A stretch of DNA of 10,476 nt from Candidatus Hermodarchaeota archaeon (lineage in GTDB: Archaea; Asgardarchaeota; Thorarchaeia; Thorarchaeales; Thorarchaeaceae): positions 1 through 10,476 of the forward strand of contig JBHLLF010000077.1 in the NCBI GenBank assembly GCA_048885865.1, written 5' to 3'. Below the pieces are notes generated by a model. The model was not told the origin of the DNA, did no database searches, and saw only the letters and a program-made list of their open reading frames with translations. Below are positions 1 through 5,134 of this stretch, piece after piece. Numbering within the stretch: position 1 is the first letter of the stretch; every line of letters begins with the position of its first letter. Both the position numbers and the translations under genes were made by a program.

Positions 1-158
1 GATAGACTTAGAGCTTGACAAATTGCGATCTTGCTTTCGGGTCTTCGTGTTTTCTCGGGAAATTCTGATTCATCCTTAACTAGCTTGACAGCTAATGGAT
101 ATGTAGAGGGTCGAAGAATTTCCTCCAAGGCTTTTCCGATATCTCTCCATGAATCCAT
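1..158 (-). CDS. DUF169-family-like protein, N-terminal part (runs off the left edge)
   Basis: Not in the ORF track. My translation from ATG 158 is MDSWRDIGKALEEILRPSTYPLAVKLVKDESEFPEKTRRPESKIAICQALSL..., which matches the 'L..PxAVK...P...P....CQ' N-terminus I recall for DUF169 proteins. In-frame alternative starts are TTG 164 and ATG 221. Confidence 0.7.
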   Translation of the reverse strand, partial: MDSWRDIGKALEEILRPSTYPLAVKLVKDESEFPEKTRRPESKIAICQALSL

Positions 159-297
159 GTTCAACCAACCATGTCTGAATTGCTTAATCTGCCGAGATAT
201 CTCTTTCGAGTTGTTTGGCATGAAAATGCCTAGCTGGATAGGCTTGTTGACCTTCGAAGTAGAAAGACTTCACTCGATTAGTTCGATGACTCCTGAG

Positions 298-2439
298 CTA
301 TAGAGAATATCTATGTCTATCCAGAAACTCCTGCTTCTTAGCGGGATTCCAGCTCGACCAAGATTGTAAATAGCCCGTAATTCTGCTAACGATATCAACG
401 CCAATGTGTCCGCACTTGGGACAGGGGATTTTCTCTAAGTCCTTAATCGATGCAAATCTAGCATTGCGCCAGTCTATGCCAGTCTGATAGCCGCATGAAG
501 TGCAATTCAGCACATCTTTTGTGAAAGCAAAATAGCTGTTTAATGTGTCCTTCGCAATTTTCTTGGTTAGCTCCCATAATGCGTCAGGATCTGGATTTGC
601 TTCTCCCAGGTAGATATGGGTCAATGCGCCGCCGTCCATATATGGATGGAACATTCCTTCCTTCCTGATGCGGTCACTGAGAGCGAGGTTGGCTCCTACG
701 TACAGAGTTGTGCTGTTTGTGTAGTAGGGATTAGCATCGGTGCCCTTCAAGTACTTGCGAATTCCCTTGTAGGCCTTGTAGTCTTTCTTGGCCAATCGAC
801 CAGCTGCGCTTTCAGCAGGGGTTCGTGTGACACCGAAGTGCAAGCCTGTTTCCTTTTCGAACTCTTGTGACTTCTTCTTCAGATGTTTTAGCACCTTTAT
901 TCCGAACTTTGTACCCTCTCGCTCATGAAGATGGAAACCTGTGGCGATCTTTGCCATCTCCTCAAAGCCAACTGTTCCAAGCAAGAATTGCCTCCGACTC
1001 ATGTCAATAAGCGGATCTCCATTGGGTTTCGGTTGAGTGTAGAAAGGCACACTGCCACTAGCCATCAGTCGATCCATGACGGCTTTCTTCTCGAGAATGA
1101 CTTCTTTTGACAGTTCGATGTACTCGTCCAACTTTTCAAAGAAATGCTCCTCGTCACTTCGTCCCAACCATGCAGCCCGACCAAAGTTGGGGGTCACCAT
1201 CTGAGAGGCACCAAAGACCATATTCCCAGACAAGAATTCCTCCAACTCCTCGTCACTGCTGGCTGTCCAGAGATGTGAACAGCAGCTGCTGCATCCAGCC
1301 TCGATTTTCGATCTCCAGTTGAGGTAGTTCTCATAGTAGGGAGATCCAAACTTGGCGGTTAGCTCAGCGACAAGTCGCCATGATTCATCGTACTCTGGCT
1401 TCATGAACTCCTTCCGAAGGACTACATTCGGTTTTGGAAAGTTGAAGCCCTTGCCCTTTTTGTCACCCTTAAGCATAATCCGCATGAATGCGTTGAAGAA
1501 CTTGTTCGCCTCTTCCTCGTAGTCGCCATAAGTTGAACCATCGGTCTTTCCACCGGGAAGAGTTGCAGGCACGTCTTTCATTATATTGGGGATGCCTGGT
1601 GTGAGGTCGACACTTGAGAAGATGACCTGCCCACCTCTTGCTACATACTGTTGAGTCAGCGTGAATATGAGTTGCTGAGCTGCCTGCTTTATCATTCTGT
1701 CAGATTGCCCTCTCATGTATGGAGCAAGGAAAGTATTGTAGAAGAAATATCCTTGACCACCAGCAAAGGAACTCTGGGCTGCCGCTAGCCAGATTGCGGA
1801 GTGGTTCACTGCAACATTGAGATGCTGAGCGGGTCCAGCCGCGGAAGAATGAATCCCACCAAGCCCATCAGGAGCAATGCCGGGGATAAGCACTTGACGA
1901 AGGTCCCAAGTTGCACAATAATCGCGTGTGGAGAAGTACTCACGGTCTTTGATATAGATTTCACCGCGCATATGTGCATCTGCGAGGTGAGTTGGGATTG
2001 TAAGGTAGGTGTGCTGCTCCATCACTTGGTCATGCACTAATTTGGCAATGGTCTCAGGGTTCCTCATCATGTTGGCATTATTCGTGTGTTGAGCTGGATT
2101 GAGGATTAGCTGATTGAGGTCGTACATGGGCACCCCAACACGAGTATAGAGGATGCGTTCTTTTTCGAATCCCAGCTCAGCAAGAATCGAGTTGCACATC
2201 TCTCGAATCAGCGGACCCGACAGAAACTTGATGCCAGAAGCCGCAATCCGATCCATCACCTTAAGGCCCACAAGCTCTGCATCCCCTCGAGAGAGCTTTG
2301 CCTCAATAATGAGACTCTCGATGATACGGTCTACATCAAATGGTTCTAGAGTGCTACTGGTAGTTCTTACCTTTGGTAGTTTCTTCTCTCTCACCTTCAG
2401 ATCCTCATAGGATACTGCAGAACTATGGACATCCGTCAT
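298..2439 (-). CDS. nrdD: Class III (anaerobic, glycyl-radical) ribonucleoside-triphosphate reductase with N-terminal ATP cone, NrdD3-like
   Basis: 713 aa. ATP cone (PKVRTT..FD..RI...LIRE), active-site C175 (RDYCATWD), finger loop CSSCC (C383/C386/C387), TPAES, YYTNS, GGALTHIYLGE, Zn site CTSC...CPKC, glycyl-radical motif SRITGYL (G689) and terminal WNPAKKQEFLDR. Confidence 0.97.
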   Translation of the reverse strand: MTDVHSSAVSYEDLKVREKKLPKVRTTSSTLEPFDVDRIIESLIIEAKLSRGDAELVGLKVMDRIAASGIKFLSGPLIREMCNSILAELGFEKERILYTRVGVPMYDLNQLILNPAQHTNNANMMRNPETIAKLVHDQVMEQHTYLTIPTHLADAHMRGEIYIKDREYFSTRDYCATWDLRQVLIPGIAPDGLGGIHSSAAGPAQHLNVAVNHSAIWLAAAQSSFAGGQGYFFYNTFLAPYMRGQSDRMIKQAAQQLIFTLTQQYVARGGQVIFSSVDLTPGIPNIMKDVPATLPGGKTDGSTYGDYEEEANKFFNAFMRIMLKGDKKGKGFNFPKPNVVLRKEFMKPEYDESWRLVAELTAKFGSPYYENYLNWRSKIEAGCSSCCSHLWTASSDEELEEFLSGNMVFGASQMVTPNFGRAAWLGRSDEEHFFEKLDEYIELSKEVILEKKAVMDRLMASGSVPFYTQPKPNGDPLIDMSRRQFLLGTVGFEEMAKIATGFHLHEREGTKFGIKVLKHLKKKSQEFEKETGLHFGVTRTPAESAAGRLAKKDYKAYKGIRKYLKGTDANPYYTNSTTLYVGANLALSDRIRKEGMFHPYMDGGALTHIYLGEANPDPDALWELTKKIAKDTLNSYFAFTKDVLNCTSCGYQTGIDWRNARFASIKDLEKIPCPKCGHIGVDIVSRITGYLQSWSSWNPAKKQEFLDRHRYSL

Positions 2440-2442
2440 TAA

Positions 2443-2742
2443 TCAATTCACTCCAAGCGACTTGCGTACTTCTTCAACCGTGGGAACTTCACCACTATAC
2501 AGTAGTTTTAGCGACCCCTGGTTCTCAAGGACAATGCTTGGAGTGGAAGCAATGAAGATCTGGTTCTCAAGCATTCTGAAATCCAAGTCCTCATCGACCT
2601 CTGCTAGATCTACAACGCGCATAGGATACCCGGTCCCCAAAAGGGCCTCCTCTACGACTAACTTGGCTGCTGGACAGTTCGCACAGTCTTCCTGTGTGAA
2701 AACATACAGCGTGCTAGTATTGGTCTTGTCCTCTCCCGGCAT
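2443..2742 (-). CDS. Thioredoxin/glutaredoxin-fold redoxin (NrdH-like), probable reductant for NrdD
   Basis: 99 aa. YVFTQEDCANCP (CxxC after a beta strand) and the STP cis-proline motif. Ends 3 nt upstream of the nrdD ATG. GGAGTG Shine-Dalgarno-like site upstream. Confidence 0.88.
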   Translation of the reverse strand: MPGEDKTNTSTLYVFTQEDCANCPAAKLVVEEALLGTGYPMRVVDLAEVDEDLDFRMLENQIFIASTPSIVLENQGSLKLLYSGEVPTVEEVRKSLGVN

Positions 2743-2794
2743 TAATCAACACTCCCTCCACGGAGTGGAGTCTTCTTGTCATTCAGCCAATTCA

Positions 2795-2802
2795 TAATAA
2801 AA
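2795..2802 (-). promoter_or_regulatory. Candidate TATA box for nrdH-nrdD
   Basis: TTTTATTA on the minus strand about 53 nt upstream of the nrdH ATG. Motif-only evidence. Confidence 0.35.
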
Positions 2803-2846
2803 GACTTGTTGCGCTCCAAAATGGCTTCTAGCATAGGAAGAAGGCA

Positions 2847-3110
2847 CTCTGGGCTGGCTGGGTAATTCCGGGAGGACCTCACACTTCATAGTGATAGAGT
2901 GTCTACTTAAACTCCTACAGAAAGTAAACCAAAGCCATCCCAGAGATTGCAGATTATTCAGGTCTCGCACCCTGATAGATGACAGATTTTAACCTCAGAT
3001 GATGACCCACTCAAAATTGTTGGAATCTCGAGTGGCGCCAAACAAGCGTGTACTGAACATGCAATCTGGGAAAGCGAATTCACGCGGTAGCCCTAAATAG
3101 GATGTTTGGC
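2847..3110. repeat. Cluster of overlapping inverted repeats, possibly a structured RNA
   Basis: Complementary arms: 2847-2859/2933-2945 (12 of 13), 2939-2951/3060-3070 (11 bp with a 2-nt bulge), 2955-2961/3053-3059, 3007-3016/3026-3035, 3037-3044/3103-3110 (8 of 8) and 3046-3050/3081-3085. Confidence 0.55.
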
Positions 3111-3137
3111 CACAGTGCAAATGTCGGTGGTTCATAA

Positions 3138-3761
3138 ATGGCAGTCTATCTCAAGGCCAAGACCCCAGTAGATGCGTGGACTCGCGCTGTACGTAAGATA
3201 ATGGAGAGTGGAATGCTCAGGGTTGATGAGAGAGGAAGCGAAACCCGATGGCATTCTAATTTGATGATTCATGTTGAAGACCCCTACAGTAACAGAGTTA
3301 GTAAGGAATACCCCTTCAGCGAAAAGGTTCTACGAGAGAAGTATGCTACTCAACTATTAGATCCAGACCGGATGGATTTCGATTACACATATGGAGAGCG
3401 GCTCAATGCATGGGGTTCGGAAGTCTTGAACCAAATCGAGTTCGTGATTACCAAGCTTAGGGAGAGTCCCAACAGTCGAAGAGCCGTTGCGACCACTTGG
3501 GACCCACGAAAGGATACTGTCCACGATGAGGTCCCATGCCTCAATCACTTCGTGTTCATGAAGAGGAACGAGTTCCTTGACCTCTCTGTCATGATTCGCT
3601 CCAATGACATGTATGGAGCTTGGCCTGCTAACATCTATGCCCTGGGTGAACTCCTAACACATGTATCAGAGAGGGTGAACCTCAAGCCAGGGACAATTAC
3701 AACACTCTCCGTGAATGCCCACGTGTATAGCCATGATTGGGACCGAGCTAGTACATTATAG
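3138..3761 (+). CDS. thyA: Thymidylate synthase, short archaeal/methanogen type
   Basis: 207 aa. FDYTYGERL, SRRAVATTWDP, catalytic PCL, RSND, AWPAN (Asn indicates dUMP specificity) and NAHVY. GGTGG SD-like site at 3126-3130. Confidence 0.93.
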   Translation: MAVYLKAKTPVDAWTRAVRKIMESGMLRVDERGSETRWHSNLMIHVEDPYSNRVSKEYPFSEKVLREKYATQLLDPDRMDFDYTYGERLNAWGSEVLNQIEFVITKLRESPNSRRAVATTWDPRKDTVHDEVPCLNHFVFMKRNEFLDLSVMIRSNDMYGAWPANIYALGELLTHVSERVNLKPGTITTLSVNAHVYSHDWDRASTL

Positions 3762-3823
3762 TTTCCAGGTTTGTATGCAGAACATCAAGAATAGGCATTA
3801 TTATTAACTGGATTGTAGGCGTA

Positions 3824-3860
3824 AGTTACATGTGTTAACTAGAGAATATACTCTAGTAAC
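3824..3860. promoter_or_regulatory. Two overlapping palindromes, candidate operator upstream of the Lrp gene
   Basis: AGTTA-N7-TAACT (3824-3840) and ACTAGAG-AATATA-CTCTAGT (3838-3857), lying just downstream of a TATA-like TTATTAA (3801-3807). Confidence 0.5.
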
Positions 3861-3878
3861 AACCGGAGCGTAGAATCA

Positions 3879-4502
3879 TTGGATAACGTAGACAAGCAGT
3901 TGGTCACACTTCTTCAGGAAGACGGTAGAAAGAGCCTTTCTGAGATAGGCAAGAAACTAGAAATGTCGCATGTTGCGGTGAGCAAGCGATTAGACAAACT
4001 TGTCAAGACTGAGAAGACCGTCCATGTGACAGCTGGTGTGAATGCGGAAAAGCTCGATGTGAAGCTTCTGTTCATGGGGTTAGAGGTTGACAATATCGAA
4101 GTGGCCGACCGTATCAGGGAGAAGTACGAGCATTGTCCTAGACTACTCATGCTTGCACCAGTGACTGGAAGCTATAACCTGATGGCAGTCATGGCGGCAC
4201 AGGACACCTGGAGCCTCCAGTCGATTGTTGGGACATGTAGCATGAGGACTGAACCGGGTGTAAGAAGATCAGAGAGCTGGTTCGGGAATGCACCCATTGT
4301 GCCAACATTCCTTCAATTGAATCTCGCACCAAAAGCAACAGATGGCACAAAAGCGCCCTGCAAGGCAGACTGCGGGACATGCAAGAGATATCTTGATGAC
4401 AAGTGCGTAGGATGTCCGCCCACATCCGTCTATAAGGGAAAGCTCTGGTCCTCACCTCTCACTAAAAGAAAACGTCGAGGCAAAAGTAAGAGGAAGAGTT
4501 AA
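3879..4502 (+). CDS. Lrp/AsnC-family transcriptional regulator with C-terminal Cys cluster and basic tail
   Basis: TTG start after GGAG. wHTH MDNVDKQLVTLLQEDGRKSLSEIGKKLEMSHVAVSKRL; RAM-like domain (VTGSYNLMA); then CKADCGTC-x7-CVGCP and KRKRRGKSKRKS. Confidence 0.92.
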   Translation: MDNVDKQLVTLLQEDGRKSLSEIGKKLEMSHVAVSKRLDKLVKTEKTVHVTAGVNAEKLDVKLLFMGLEVDNIEVADRIREKYEHCPRLLMLAPVTGSYNLMAVMAAQDTWSLQSIVGTCSMRTEPGVRRSESWFGNAPIVPTFLQLNLAPKATDGTKAPCKADCGTCKRYLDDKCVGCPPTSVYKGKLWSSPLTKRKRRGKSKRKS

Positions 4503-4536
4503 CATCATCAGAGGCTTCTTGATTCCTGTGAGTCCA

Positions 4537-5127
4537 ATGGTAGACGTCTTCATCCATCCCCTAGCTGTTATTGATGAAGGGGCACAGATCGGTGAAGGCA
4601 CCAAGGTCTGGCACTTCGCACATGTCAGGGGATCAGCCAAGGTAGGCAAGAATTGCACAATTTCTAGAGATGTTTACATTGACGCGAACGTCAGGATTGG
4701 GGATAATGTGAAAATCCAGAATGGCGTATCAGTCTATCAAGGAGTGACACTTGAAGACGAGGTATTCTGTGGTCCACATATGACCTTCACCAATGACCTG
4801 CACCCCAGAGCTCATGGTGAGTTTTGGGAGATTACTGAAACACTTGTCAAGCGAGGAGCTTCAATCGGTGGCAATGCCACAATTATCTGCGGCATCACAT
4901 TGGGAAGCTACTGTATGATTGGAGGGGGTGCCGTAGTCACAAAAGATGTGCCAGCTCACGCATTGATTGTTGGCAATCCAGGCAGAATAGCCGGTTTCGT
5001 GTGCAGATGTGGTCGACCGCTTAAGAATGAGGTGAAACGTCAGAAAGTCAGTGTGACATTTGAATGTGGAAAATGTAAAGAGGAAACCACAATCTCAATG
5101 TCTGATTACAGGAAAATGGTCAGGTAG
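4537..5127 (+). CDS. Hexapeptide-repeat (left-handed beta-helix) N-acetyltransferase, WbpD/WlbB-like, with C-terminal Zn-ribbon-like motif
   Basis: IHPLAVIDEGAQIGEGTKVWHF, KIQNGVSVY, GPHMTFTNDLHPR, GAVVTKDVP..GNP.R and C-terminal CRCG...CGKC. ATG 4537 is preferred over TTG 4519 because family similarity starts there. Confidence 0.88.
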   Translation: MVDVFIHPLAVIDEGAQIGEGTKVWHFAHVRGSAKVGKNCTISRDVYIDANVRIGDNVKIQNGVSVYQGVTLEDEVFCGPHMTFTNDLHPRAHGEFWEITETLVKRGASIGGNATIICGITLGSYCMIGGGAVVTKDVPAHALIVGNPGRIAGFVCRCGRPLKNEVKRQKVSVTFECGKCKEETTISMSDYRKMVR

Positions 5128-5134
5128 AGAGCTC

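Noticed and set aside
31-303. 90-aa plus-strand ORF
   Set aside because: It is antisense to the DUF169-like gene and has no recognisable motifs.
298-2439. Intein or intron in nrdD
   Set aside because: The ORF is continuous and of normal length, with no splice-junction or LAGLIDADG motifs seen.
2741-2794. 17-codon mini-ORF (MNWLNDKKTPLRGGSVD) whose TAA overlaps the nrdH ATG
   Set aside because: Its ATG abuts the putative TATA box, it has no SD, and it is too short to support.
2779-2970. 63-aa minus-strand ORF in frame with nrdH and nrdD via successive UGA codons (possible Sec or UGA recoding)
   Set aside because: The translation is not protein-like, the UGAs are not at Cys-equivalent catalytic positions, no SECIS was recognised, and UGA is used as a normal stop at 9602-9604.
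2743-3137. Cobalamin riboswitch, NrdR box, SRP RNA or RNase P RNA in the intergenic region
   Set aside because: I found no B12 box, SRP helix-8 motif or RNase P P4 motif. CAC-N6-GTG at 2882-2893 has the wrong spacing for an NrdR box.
3138-3761. ThyA as a dCMP hydroxymethylase (DNA base-modification system)
   Set aside because: The specificity residue is Asn (AWPAN), not Asp, and there are no adjacent glycosyltransferase or phage genes.
5060-5134. N-terminal extension of the EF-2 paralogue in the ORF track
   Set aside because: It overlaps the acetyltransferase 3' end. GTG 5135 gives a normal EF-2 N-terminus.
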